Below are positions 1 through 11,464 of a stretch of DNA of 64,000 bases, piece by piece. The notes under the pieces were generated by a model. That model was not told the DNA's origin and did no database searches. It was given only the letters and a program-made list of their open reading frames with translations. Position 1 is the stretch's first letter, and each line of letters opens with the position of its first letter. Made by a program: the position numbers and the translations under genes. Source of the DNA: Somniosus microcephalus (taxonomy: Eukaryota); NCBI GenBank assembly GCA_052327205.1, contig CM126218.1, forward strand, positions 21,266,001-21,330,000. The letters run 5' to 3'.

Positions 1-1077
1 GAGGCCTACCCTCATATTACGTCTATTGGGTGCGCAGCTCATGGGCTTAACCTGCTCCTCAAGGACATCATGGGTTTGAGAACCATGGAAGCACTGTACA
101 AGAGAGCCAAGCAAGTTGTTAAGTATGTCAGGGGAAAACAGGTAGTTGCAGCAACCTACAACTCCAAGCAAATGACAAAGAACAAGAACACCACACTGAA
201 GCTGCCCAACAACACTAGATGGGGTGGTGTTGTCATAATGTACAACAGCCTTCTGGAGGGTAAGGAGTCGCTGCAAGAAATGGCAATATCCCAGTCTGGG
301 GATATGGAAACCACCGTCAAGAAAATACTGCTGGATGATGTGTTTTGGGAGAGCGTGGTTAGCAGCCTTAAACTACTCTCACCAGTAGCATCTGCAATTG
401 CTCAGATTGAAGGAGATGACGCTGTCTTGTCAGATGTTCTCAGGCTTTTTACTGATTTAAAAGAACAAATCAGCATTGCCCTACCCACATCCCTGCTGCT
501 CAAAGCAGAGGAGAAGGCAATTGTTCAATTCATACAGACGCGTCAAGAATTTTGTGTCAAGCCGATTCATGCTGCAACATACATGCTGGACCCAAAGCAT
601 GTTGGGAGACCAATACTTTCTGGAGAACAGATCAACAGCGCTTACAGTGTGATTTCTACCCTCTCACACCATCTCAATCTGGATGTGGGCAAAGTTCTGG
701 GAAGTCTGGCAAAGTTCTCTACCAAGCAAGGTCTTTGGAATGGGGATGGGATATGGGAATCATGCAAGCATATCAGTGCACATACCTGGTGGAAGGGACT
801 TTGTGCATCTGAGGCCCTGTCACCTATTGCATCGGTGATACTCCAAATCCCACCTTCATCAGCGGCCTCTGAACGAAACTGGTCACTTTTTGGGAATACG
901 CATACAAAGGTGCACAACAGGCTGACTAACAAGAGAGTGGAGAAACTGGTGGCTATCCGGGCAAACCTACAACTTATTGAGGCAGATACAGAAGTGTCCA
1001 CCACACAGCTAGACACTGACACAGAGGAGGAAATGGACACGTCAGAGCCAGAGTCAGAGAATCAGGAGGAGCAATGA
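1..1077 (+). CDS. hAT transposase, C-terminal part (DUF659-type region plus hAT dimerisation domain)
   Basis: Frame is open from base 1 (EAYPHITSIGCAAHGLNL, CxxH motif). Contains NNTRWGG, 'HAATYMLDP' and the dimerisation motif 'WW...PPSSAASERNWS...HNRLTNKRVEKLV'. No internal stops. Confidence 0.9.
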   Translation, partial: EAYPHITSIGCAAHGLNLLLKDIMGLRTMEALYKRAKQVVKYVRGKQVVAATYNSKQMTKNKNTTLKLPNNTRWGGVVIMYNSLLEGKESLQEMAISQSGDMETTVKKILLDDVFWESVVSSLKLLSPVASAIAQIEGDDAVLSDVLRLFTDLKEQISIALPTSLLLKAEEKAIVQFIQTRQEFCVKPIHAATYMLDPKHVGRPILSGEQINSAYSVISTLSHHLNLDVGKVLGSLAKFSTKQGLWNGDGIWESCKHISAHTWWKGLCASEALSPIASVILQIPPSSAASERNWSLFGNTHTKVHNRLTNKRVEKLVAIRANLQLIEADTEVSTTQLDTDTEEEMDTSEPESENQEEQ

Positions 1078-1430
1078 GGAGTAGAAGATTCATGAGTAGA
1101 AGACTCAAAGGGACAAAATAAGGACAAATTACAGGCTAAATAAGCTGACGCTCTTTTTATTTTATTTTAGATGGGTCTTTTTTGTGGGGGTTCAATAAAG
1201 TTCAAAATTATAACCTAAATAAAGTTTTGAAAGCCTGTTTTTATTTGTATGGAACAGTATGTCTATTTTGACGACAAAGATAATATAAGGGTCAGAGACA
1301 AAAGCCATCAGTGTGCAAAAAAACTCAAAATTCCCATAAATTCCCATAAATTCCCAAAATTCCCATAAATTCCCGAAAATTCCCATGGAAAGTTTCCTCT
1401 TTTAAAAATTCCCAGAATTTTGCAACCCTA
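1..1430 (+). mobile_element. hAT DNA transposon, 3' part (5' end lies upstream of the window), inserted in a Gypsy pol gene
   Basis: Transposase ORF, then subterminal AAATTCCC(AT) repeats at ~1328-1413, then the terminus ...CAGAATTTTGCAACCCTA (reverse complement TAGGGTTGCAAAATTCTG). Gypsy RT coding sequence resumes at 1431. Confidence 0.85.
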
Positions 1431-1431
1431 T

Positions 1432-4400
1432 TCAGGAGTACTGTCCAAAGTGGACTGAAGCGAGTGGGCTACACCCATCGTTCCTGTAATGAAGAGGTCG
1501 TTGAGTAATACGCCTGGGGAACCAAAGAAGCTTCGCATCTGTGGGGACTTTAAGGTGACAGTGAACCCAATCCTTCACACTGTACAATATCCGCTTCCGC
1601 GGATTGAAGATATTTTCACTTCGCTATCTGGAGGGAAACGCTTCACTAAGATTGATCTGGCCCAGGCGTACCTGCAAATGGAGGTAGAAGAAGCCTCGAA
1701 ACAGTACCTCACGATCAACACTCATAAAGGTCTCTACCAATACAACCGGCTGATGTTTGGGGTAGCATCAGCTCCGGCTATTTGGCAAAGGGCAATGGAT
1801 CAAGTCCTGCAAGGGATTCCAGGGACCCAGGGCTAAAAATTCGGTATCGCCGCGCCAGGTCTTTAGCGCCCGACATTTAGCGCTCGCCCGGATTCCCGTA
1901 GCGCCCGCCTGAAATTCAGTTGCGGCAGCCCAAGACGGAGGCGGGCGCTATTGCAGGGTTTGGCCGCCTCGCTTGGGGCGATGAAAGTCAGTTTCAGGCG
2001 TCCAGCTGCCGCTGCGGCACCCGATGCGGTGCGGCAGGCTGGGGTACTGCAGGCCTCCTCCTTCTCTTAAGGAGGAGCTGCCTGCAGCCGTGAGATCGCC
2101 GCTGGATTCCCCCGGCAAATGAGCCCGGCACCACGGAGAAGTGCCGGGCTCGCGGGAGTCAGACACCAATGCCGCGGCGGGGTGGTGCAGGAGTCCGGGG
2201 AGGGAGGTGCGGCCAGGCGGCCGCCGGGAAAGCGGCCGGCCGCCCCTCCACCTTTATGCGCCGGCCTCTCGGAGCTGCAAGGCACCATTTTTCAAACGCT
2301 ATTTGCGGGCGAGGCGGCCGCAACTGAATTTGGCGGTCGGCACGGAATCGCATTGGAACCGGGGCGCTGCACACACCGATGACGTCATTGGTGCCGGCGC
2401 AGCGCTACCGGCTAACGCCGATGTTAGGGACCAACTGAATTTCGGCCGCTAAAAAACTTCCGGCACAAACCACTCTATAGCCAATAAGTGGGCGCAAACG
2501 CGACTAAATTTCTAGGCCCCAGTGTTATTTGGACGACATCCTGGTCACGGGCGAAAATGACAGTGATCACCTCGCCAACCTGGAGCAGGTGCTCACTAGA
2601 TTGAAGGATTATGGGCTCCGAGCTAATCGCCACAAATGCGAGTTTTTCCAGAAGCAGATCTCGTATTGTGGCCACGTTATTGATGAAGAGGGGTTACATA
2701 AGTCCCCTGAAAAGATTGAGGCAGTAGTCAAGGCTCCAGCACCAGAAAATGTGTCACAACTGAGGTCGTTCCTCGGGTTGGTGAACTACTACCATAAGTT
2801 CTTGCCGAATCTGTCTACAGTCCTACACCCACTGAACACCCTACTGCAAACGGGGGTACCATGGAAGTGGAATGACGAATGTAAACGAGCTTTCCAGAAG
2901 TGCAAAGAATTGATCACATCAAAAGAGGTGTTGGCTCATTTCAACCCAGCACGACCAATTCGGTTGGCGTGTGATGCATCACCCTATGGCATTGGAGCGG
3001 TGCTGTCGCACAAATTCCCGGACGGCTCGGAGAGGCCAGTAGCCTTTGCGGCTTGGTCACTAACCTCAGCCGAGCGTAACTACACCCAGATTGACACGGA
3101 GGCCCTCAGCCTAGTGTGGGGAGTAAAAAAGCTCAACCACTATCTGCACGGGCAGAAGTTCACCTTGCTGACTGACCACCAACTACTTGTCTCCATCTTT
3201 AGTCCAAAGAAGGGCATTCCGGTGATGACTGCGCAACAGCTACAAAGATGGTCCCTTTTTCTAGGGGCGAACCAATATGAAATCGAGTATAAGGGCACGA
3301 AGCAGCATGGAAACGCTGATGGGCTATCACGCCTGCCACTGCCTACTGCGGAGGAAGAACCAGCAGTGGATCCTGTCGAAATATTTCATTTGACTATAAT
3401 TGAATGCTTGCCAGTAACTAACGCTGGTATAGAGAAGGAGACCCGAAATGACCCGACACTGCCTCGGGTATATGATTTGACGGTGAAGGGATGGCCAGCA
3501 CATGGCGACTCACTGTTGCCAGCATTCTCATCCAGAAGAGAACAGCTGTCAGTATGCCAGGGGACCTTGATGTGTGGATCCCGAGTGGTAATTCCACCCA
3601 AGTTAAGGGAGAGAGTGCTCAATGAGCTTCACGAAGGTCATCTGGGAGGGGTGAAAATGAAAAGCCTTGCTAGGGCTTATGTGTGGTGGCCGGGGATCGA
3701 TCAGCAAATCGAGGACCTGACAAAGAGCTGCTCAGGATGCCAGAAGGTCCAAAATGCACCACCACATGCCCCTCTACACCCATGGGAGTGGCCCTCATCT
3801 CCATGGCAACGGGTGCATATTGATTTTGCTGGTCCATTCATGGACTCAATGTTTTTAATAGCCGTGGATGCGCACTCGAAATGGCCTGAGGTGATCAAAA
3901 TGTCCTCCACCACCACGGAGAAAACTATTGCAGTCCTACGGACCATTTTTACCAGGAACGGCTTGCCAGAGCAGATTTGCTCTGATAACGGGCCACAGTT
4001 TGTGTCCGAAGAGTTTCGAAGATTTATGAAAAGGTATGGGGTAAGGCATTACACATCCGCCCCGTATCATCCAGCCACAAATGGATTGGCTGAGAGGTTC
4101 GTACAAACCTTTAAAAAAGCAGTAAAGGCCATGTGCGATGACGACATTCCACTGCAGCATAAGGTGGACAATTTCCTGTCAGCCTACAGAAATGCGACAC
4201 ATGCAGTCACCAACCAGGCCCCGGCCATGATGTTCTTTAACCGAAGGTTGAGATCTCGTCTGGATTTGCTCAGACCAAATGTACGAAGAGATGTTGAGAA
4301 TAAGCAATTCCAGCACATCAATGAGAAGCCGACAAGGAGCTTCAATGTAGGGCAACCAGTCTTGGCCCGTGACTACCGAACAGAGAAATGGCAGCCAGGA

Positions 4401-4694
4401 ACGATATGCACACGGCAGGGGCCACTAATGTACGCAGTGGATGTTGGGGAGAACATTGTGAGACGCCATGTCGACCAGATCCAAGAGTCACAGGAACGAG
4501 TCAACCCCAGGTCTCGCGTACCTGGTGATGAACCCGACATACAGGTAGCATCTACCCCAGAAACAGTAGCATCGGAAGCTGATGAACCAACCGACGACAG
4601 GGGGCCAGAATCACCTCCGCACCAAGAGCAAGACACTCAGGAAAGGCGCTATCCAGAAAGGATCAGGAAGCCGCCCCAAAGACTGAATTTATAA
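1432..4694 (+). pseudogene. pol: Gypsy pol (RT, RNase H, integrase) with a premature stop and a MITE insertion
   Basis: SGVLSKVD*SEWATPIVPV (TGA at 1456-1458), LRICGDFK, YPLPRIED, FGVASAPAIWQ. Removing 1830-2521 restores GTQCYLDDIL. Also RNase H 'LACDASPYGIG', integrase HHCC and 'HIDFAGP...SDNGPQF...NGLAERFV'. Confidence 0.92.
1830..2518. mobile_element. Non-autonomous PIF/Harbinger element (MITE), related to family A
   Basis: TIRs GGGCTAAAAATTCGGT / ACTAAATTTCTAGGCC and a 3-bp TSD CCA (1827-1829, 2519-2521; CAG is an equivalent register). GC-rich interior with TAGCGCC subterminal motifs. Confidence 0.85.
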
Positions 4695-4781
4695 ATGGAC
4701 TATTTTCAGTTAATGTTGCATGTTAAAAGTGTTAATTGTTAAATGAATGTTATGGTACTGTTAATCTAAAAGGGGAGGAAT

Positions 4782-4973
4782 TGTAGTGTATGTACCTTTA
4801 AGGGGAGAACTACTTTTCACAGCTCCTGTATACTGTAGTACCGGCAGTGACCACACCTGTATATAAACCCTGAGTAGGGATCTGTACTGTTCGTTTTAGA
4901 GTAACCCTCATCCAGTAAACACCCGTTGTTTGTTATCTGCAGTCTCTGCCTATTTATTGAAGGACACACTACA
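4782..4973 (+). repeat. 3' LTR of the Gypsy element (192 bp)
   Basis: Terminal inverted repeat TGTAGTGT...ACACTACA directly after the PPT. TATA-like TATATAAA at ~4860 and AGTAAA at ~4914. Confidence 0.85.
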
Positions 4974-5579
4974 TCAAGATACACGGATTTAACAGAATCA
5001 TTTGCTCTGCAGGCTGAAAATGATCTTTTCTTTACTCTTTGGGTGTCCATAACCTCCCCTCTTTAACTTGCCTTTGGTACACAAGATGTAATACTGCTGT
5101 CCTACCCTGCTAAGGATTATTGTACCAGTTTAACCCTACTGAATACATGGCAGGTAAGTATTTCACATCGACAGTCCAGTTCATGAGGTGACACATTGCT
5201 CTTTTAATAGATGTGCATTTGGCACATTCAGATAGCATCCAATATGTCAATTTGTGAAAGGGGCTCAGTGTCTCAGGAAGTTTGGTTTGAGTCTGGTAAA
5301 GCATATTTTAGGTTATTGAGATGATGTGCACAAACATGATTCGAATAAAATATTCACTCCTCTCATCAAAATATCAAAAGCATTACTAGTTCAGCAAGCC
5401 TATTTGGTAACAAATCATTTACCTATGAAAAATAAATTAATGAAAACATAATTCTACTTCCTTACTATCAGGGCAAAGCTTGCTCTCAAAGATTGAATTC
5501 CTTGAACATTACATGAGGTCTGAATATGATTTACCATTTGTGGTCATGGTGCTGGATCTAAGTTTCTCTGGGAGTTTTA

Positions 5580-7168
5580 GGCCTAGAAATTCGGTATAGC
5601 CGCGTTTGGGGCGCTAGTCCTGGTGATGCGCAAAGTTTAGCGCCAGGCGCTATTTAGCGCCACCTAGCGCGATATTGGGTTGCAGCGCCCCTAAAGGTGA
5701 TTGCGGCGCTAAATCAGGTGCTGCACGCTACTCTTAAGGTGCTAACCCGGCGGCGCAACCCAATTTCGCGGCAGCGGGGCGCAGCGAGGGTGCTGTCAAT
5801 AATCACTTTCCCTGAGACACACTGGCGCCGGCCAGCTCTTAAAGGGGCAGGTCAATTGGGATCACCAGACACACTCACTGACTTGTAGGCCTTCAAAGCG
5901 GTGGGAGCCTACCTGTGGCGCACCAGCCTAGCAAGACATGGAAAGGGTGAGGCAGAGGGCGGAACGCCTCACTGATGGGGCATTGGATGCTTTGGTTGGC
6001 GCAGTGGAATCAAGGCCAAGGAAGATGGTCGGAATGTGATTTATGTTTTGGACAATCTCCCGGGTGTGAGAGGCAGTTATGTGTCAGTGTATTCGTTTTG
6101 CTTTCTGTTGCCATAGCTTTCTCATGTTTGAAGGAACCACATTTTGTGTAATGAAACACTTTCTTCATTTACAATGGCCATGCCTTCTATTTACATGCAT
6201 CTTGCCCTTCACAGGCTTGGGGGTATCAGACCGGTTCCATTCCTGTTCTTGGAATGGCAGCAAGCATTCCGTGAGAGGGGCCTAGAAGCTACTTCTGATC
6301 AGCCTCTGACGCGCAGCCTGAGAAGAGCCACTCGCGTAGAAGTTCAGGCCAGCAGGCATCTTCTCAGCCATCGACAGAGATGTCCTGCACCTTATCTGAG
6401 GCTGCAGATCTGGCTGAAGCAGCTGGCACAGCTCAGTCACCACCTCCTTTCTAAATCGCAGCCTTCTGACACACTGCTCCTCCGGCATGTTCATGTAGGA
6501 AAACTGCTGTCGGAAAACCCTGCCAGCGTAAGGTCTGCTGTGGCGACGTCTTTTGGCCCTCCTCCGTCTGGCCATGCCCCGCCCCCCTCTCCCAGCATCT
6601 CAGTGCCCTTTCCAGATGATTCAGCAGCAGGACATTCCCCTCCAATGCAGCCCCCATAATAAGTGCCCACAGGAAGGTTCCCCGTTGTCAAGGCTCACCA
6701 ACAGCAAGGTGATGGTCAGAAGGCTGAAGATTGTCTGCCTGCGCTGGCTCAGTGGTCAAATGGCTCTCAGTGTGCAGCTCAGCAACTCTTTGTAGCTCTC
6801 GAGGAAGTTGTGCTCCAAAAATGGCTGCCGCTTTTAAACCACACCAGTCCCCTTTAAATAACGCTCCTCCAGCCTGAGAGCGACTTGGTAAGGTCCAGGT
6901 AAGCTGTCACTATTAGCGCCAGGTGCTACGGAGGGGGGCACCACTGAATTTCCAGTCCGGGGCGCCCAAAAGGCGTTGCACACTCAAATGACGTCATAAT
7001 CAGCCTGCGCCCATGAGCGGGCGCTAAGATTTAGCACCGGCGCTAAATGCATGCTCAGTATGGGGCGAGGCGCTAGGTGCCTTGCGCCCGCCCGGAAATT
7101 GGCTAGCGCCCCATTTCTCGGCCTCTTTAGGCGTTAATCGGTGGCGCTATCAACCGAATTTCTCCCCC
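5580..7168 (-). mobile_element. Internally deleted Harbinger element, family A
   Basis: TIRs GGCCTAGAAATTCGGT / ACCGAATTTCTCCCCC, TSD TTA. Retains the Myb-gene start (MERVRQRAERLTDGALDALVGAVE, 5938+, plus strand) and a fused N-/C-terminal transposase remnant (6282-6657, minus strand). Homologous to 25068-33362. Confidence 0.88.
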
Positions 7169-8319
7169 TTAGTCTCTCCCTATCCAACTGATGCAAATTC
7201 AATTCCACTTGGAAGCAGCAACTCTTAATCTAACAGGCATTAACATGCAAACTTGCACTAGATGGTAAACATGTTCCTTATTTTGCAGAACTTCTAAATA
7301 TATTTTTGAACCTCGTGACAATGTTTTGCTGCACTCAGAGTGGTAAGGCCCGAGGCCTACCGGCTCACCTGATCTCTACACCACATGCTTTATGATATTT
7401 TCACAAATCTGCAAGCATAAAAGAACGGATTTTGTCTGTAGCTACCACAGTAATTCTGTTCTTTAACCTTAACTTCCTACAACAATTCAAGTTAAAGGAG
7501 GTATTTTCCTAGCGTAGGGATCATGGCATCTCCCAGCAGAGGCAGATGCTTCCCTGCAGATGAGTGTAATTGCATAGTGAATCATCAGGTCATCACTTGA
7601 TCTTCTCACATCTATCAATAGAATGTCTATTGATTATCACTACCTTTTATCTAAAACTTGTGAAAAGCATTAAAATCAGAAGCTGGAAGTCTGAAGTCAA
7701 TGACCTTCAACGAACAGGTTAAAGTTATTGTTGATCATCTGCGATCCCATCTCTCATCATCAAATGATTTTTAAAACAAACAATCACAACGATATCAAAA
7801 ATCATGAATCCGTCTACCCCAGTTCAACGTGGTAGGGGAAAAATACCCAGAAATAAAACTTGCTAATGTTTTAACAGCACACACTCAAATTCCTCGAAGA
7901 TTATATCTAGTATGACGAGGACAACAGCTTTTAAAATTTGGCATTAGTAGTCAAGATGACAGATCTAAACATCTCAGAGTTTTGGTCTCTTTTCCATCAT
8001 ACCAGATTATGCAGATTTAATTCAACAACATGACATTCAAAAGCACATTGTTATAGATTGATGCTAGTGACTCGCATAGTGCTGACATTTCCCTTGGCAG
8101 CCTAGTGTGAGACGACAATAGATCACCAGACATGGACTCAAAAGTGCTCATTAACTTTCAAATGCAAAAATTGCCAAGCAATAGGCAAAAGCATGGCTTG
8201 GAGAACTATAATTTTTTATATCTTCCATACAATATTATTCCGCAATAATTTCCCCAGGCTACTCGCGCAATGAGAAAAGGGGGGGGGGGATTTTGTCGAT
8301 GAGCACAGTTTTGTTGGAC

Positions 8320-8426
8320 ATTACAACAGTGACTACACTCCAAAAGTACTTAATTGGCTGTAAAGCGCTTTGAGATGCCCGGTGGCCATGAAAGGCATGA
8401 TATAAATGCAAGTCTTTCTTTTTTTT
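8320..8426 (+). mobile_element. 3' tail of a Deu-domain (SacSINE/AmnSINE-like) SINE
   Basis: TTACAACAGTGACTACACTCCAAAAGTACTTAATTGGCTGTAAAGCGCTTTG...TATAAATGCAAGTCTTTCTTTT matches the tail of the SINE copy at 16218-16540. Confidence 0.65.
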
Positions 8427-8599
8427 GAAGTCTGTTGTTTTTTAAACTGTGCGCAGCTCTGAAGGTGTTGGATTAATGTTTATCTGAAAGTGACATACTG
8501 CAAATGCCGTCATTCTTCTTTAAAAACAGAATATGTGATCAAGATGGTGAGTCACCAATCGTGAAGAGGTGTCCAGCATCTCCCCCACTGGAAGGAGCA

Positions 8600-8953
8600 G
8601 GGTGGGAGGTGGGCGGGGGAGGGGCGGACGGGGTGGAGGGTGGGCAAGGTGGGGTGGGCGGGGAAGGGGGTGGGCGGGGGTGGGGGGAGGTGGGGTGGGC
8701 GGGGGGAGGTGGGGTGGGTGGGGGAGGGGGTGGGGTGGGCGGGGGGAGGTGGGGTGGGTGGGGGGAGGGGGTGGGGTGGGGTGGGGCGGGCGGGGTGACC
8801 GGGGTGGGGGGATAGGTGGGGTGGGCGGGGGAGGGGGTAGGTGGGGGGAGGTGGGGTGGGCGGGGGGCGGTGGGGTGGGGTGGGGTGGGGCGGGCGGGGT
8901 GACCGGGGTAGGGGGGGGGGGAGGTGGGGTGGGCAGGGGAGGGGTGGGGGTGG
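8600..8953 (+). repeat. G-rich low-complexity tandem repeat (GGGGT / GGGC / GGGGGGA units)
   Basis: About 350 bp made almost entirely of G-runs, with an internal ~100-bp duplicated block containing GGGCGGGCGGGGTGACCGGGG. Confidence 0.9.
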
Positions 8954-9409
8954 AATTGACTGGCAGCATCCTCTCATGTGCCTCCTACAGTTGACGATAG
9001 GGTGACATTTCCGTGAGATACATCACACTAATTTATATTTTTAAACCAAATTGTTTATCTTCCTGAATAAGTGAGTCTCATTCTGATTGAGACTTGAGAG
9101 TTCTGTTGACGGCACATTGCTGGTTCCAACAGTGGGTGCAGGAGGGGGGTTGAATGCGATGAGGATGTGGATATAGCGCACTGCTATAAGATGATTGCAA
9201 GAATGTATTATCTTTACAAACAGACAGAGATCTTCTTAAGTGAAACAGTTGATAAATCTTCACATTGTTTCTTATATTTACACAAAGGTAAGTTGCACCG
9301 ATCAGATAGTACAACCTGTAAAACTCAATCTATTAAAGTAAACAAACTTTACCAGGTTGTTTCAGTTTGGTAGCAATTCTTGAGTGCCTAATCTAAGCTG
9401 GTATAAGAA

Positions 9410-10985
9410 AGTGCTGTGCTCTCAGAGGTGCGTCTTATAGATGAGATAATAAACTGAGGCCCCATCTGTCAGTTCAACAACAACAACAACTTGTATTTAT
9501 ATAGCGCCTTTAATGTAGTAAAACATCCCAAAACCTTCACAGTATTATAAGACACAGAATTTGACACCGAGCCACATGAAGAGAAATTAGAGCAGGTGAC
9601 CAAAAGCTTGGTCAAAGAGGTAGGTTTTAAGGACCATCTTAAAGGAGGAAAGAGAGGTAGCGAGGCGGAGAGGTTTAGGGACGGAGTTCCAGAGCTTAGG
9701 GCCTAGGCAACAGAAGGCACGGCCACCAATGGTTGAGCGATTATAATCAGGGATGCTCAAGAGGACAGAATTAGAGGAGCGCAGATATCTCAGGGGGGAT
9801 TGTGGGGCTGGAGGAGATTACAGATATAGGGAGGGGCGAGGGCATGGAGGGATTTGAAAACAAGGATGAGAATTTTGAAATTGAGGCATTGCGTAACCGG
9901 GAGCCAATGTAGATCAACGAGCACAGGGGTGATGGACGAACGGGACTTGGTGCGAGTTAGGACATGGGCAGCCGAGTTTTGGATGACCTCAACTTTATGT
10001 TGGGTAGAATGTGGGAGGCCAGCCAGGAGTGAGTTGGAATAGTCAAGTCTAGAGGTAACAAAGGCCTGGATGAGCATTTCAGCCGCAGATGAGCTGAGGC
10101 AGGGGTGGAGGCAGATGATGTTACGGTGGTGGAAAAAGGCGGTCTTAGCTATGCTGCAAATATGTGGTCGGAAGCTCATTTCAGGGTCAAATATGATACC
10201 AAGGTTGCAAACAGCGTGGTTCAGCCTCAGACAGATGTTAGGGAAAGGGATGAAGTCAGTGGCTAGGGAACGGAGTTGGTGGCGGGGTCCGAAAACAATG
10301 GTTTCGGTCTGACAATTTAGAGACCATGGAGAGGTCGAGAGAAGAGGTAGTGAGGTAGACCTGGGTGTTATCATCGTACATGTAGACACTGACGCTGTGT
10401 TTTTGGATGATGTCACTAAGGGGCAGCATGTCGATGAGAAATAGGAGGGGGCCAAGGATAGATCCTTGGGTGACACCAGAGGTAATGATGCAGGAGCGGG
10501 AAGAGAAGCTGTTGCAGGTGATTCTCTGGTTACGATTAGATAGATAAGAATGGAACCAAGCGAGTGCAGTCCCACCCAACAGGACTACAATGGAGAGGCG
10601 TTGGAGGAGGATGGAGTGGTCAATCGTGTCAAAGGCTGCAAACGAGTCAAGAAAGACGAGGAGGGATAGTTTACCTTTGTCACAGTCACAAAGGTTGTCA
10701 TTTGTGACTTTGATGAGAGCCGTTTCGGTACTGTGGCAGTTCAAGTAAAAGTTCCACAGCACTACTTGGAGAGGAGCAGGGAGGTCTCCCAGTGGTCTGG
10801 CTAACATTCCTCTCTCGACCAACACCTCCTGTTTATTGTTACTGTTACTGTTTATTGGATCTTGCTGTCTCCAAATTGGTCTCTGCACTTGCCTACATAA
10901 GCGTCACGATAAGTAATTAATTTAATGCAAGGTGCTTTTGAGATGTTTCTGAGAAATATAATAAGCTTGTCATAAGTCTTTTTTC
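9410..10985 (+). mobile_element. Degenerate Deu-domain SINE split by an L2 insertion
   Basis: SINE body (...AAACTGAGGCCCCATCTGTCAGTTCAA) resumes at 10737 (CAGTTCAAGTAAAAGTTCCACAGCACTACTTGGAGAGGAGCAGGGAG...). Similar to the SINE at 17633. Confidence 0.6.
9478..10736 (-). mobile_element. L2 LINE, 5'-truncated 3' fragment (RT C-terminus + 3' UTR)
   Basis: HSTETALIKVTND, AAFDTIDHSILL, GVTQGSILGPLLF, MYDDNTQ, FVTSRLDYSNSLL. (CAA)n tail at 9478. 8-bp TSD CAGTTCAA (9470-9477, 10737-10744). Confidence 0.88.
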
Positions 10986-11464
10986 AGGTAACTAATAAAC
11001 GCTAATTGGATAGCTCCCTCAAAGAGCCGGCACAAGCACGATGGGCCAAATGGCCTCCTTCTGTGTTCTGTGATTCTATGACTACATTAAATAAATCATA
11101 AAATCAGAATTATTCATGGTATTGAAATAAGATGATACCCTTGCTTATCGTCATCTATTTAGACATTGCCAGAAGCATGTGCTACTATTGATTATTAATG
11201 GTGACATAATAGGACAAAAGGTCACCTTATATCAATGCAACTGTTACAGCGGCTCAAAAACCTTTGACCAGCTTGCTTCGATCAGGAAATTAGTACCATG
11301 GAAATTAGTGGCAGATATTTGCTCTTAAGCTGAATTTGCAATCTCAGACTTCACTTAAACAGGATAACTGATTTTTACTCATTTTCATCATTCACTTTTG
11401 CATGACCCCTAGTGGTGGCCTCTGCTTAATACCACTGGAGGCATCTTGGTAAAGGCTGCATCGG

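Larger units (their letters stand above)
1431..4973 (+). mobile_element. Gypsy/Ty3 LTR retrotransposon (Mag-like), 3' half, disrupted
   Basis: RT-RNaseH-integrase order, polypurine tract AAAAGGGGAGGAA at ~4768-4780, and a 3' LTR. Interrupted by the hAT element (5' side) and by a MITE at 1830-2518. Confidence 0.92.

Noticed and set aside
8504-8994. Gly-rich and Pro-rich ORFs (collagen/extensin/formin-like)
   Set aside because: Artefacts of the G-rich low-complexity tract, which lacks stops in several frames on both strands.
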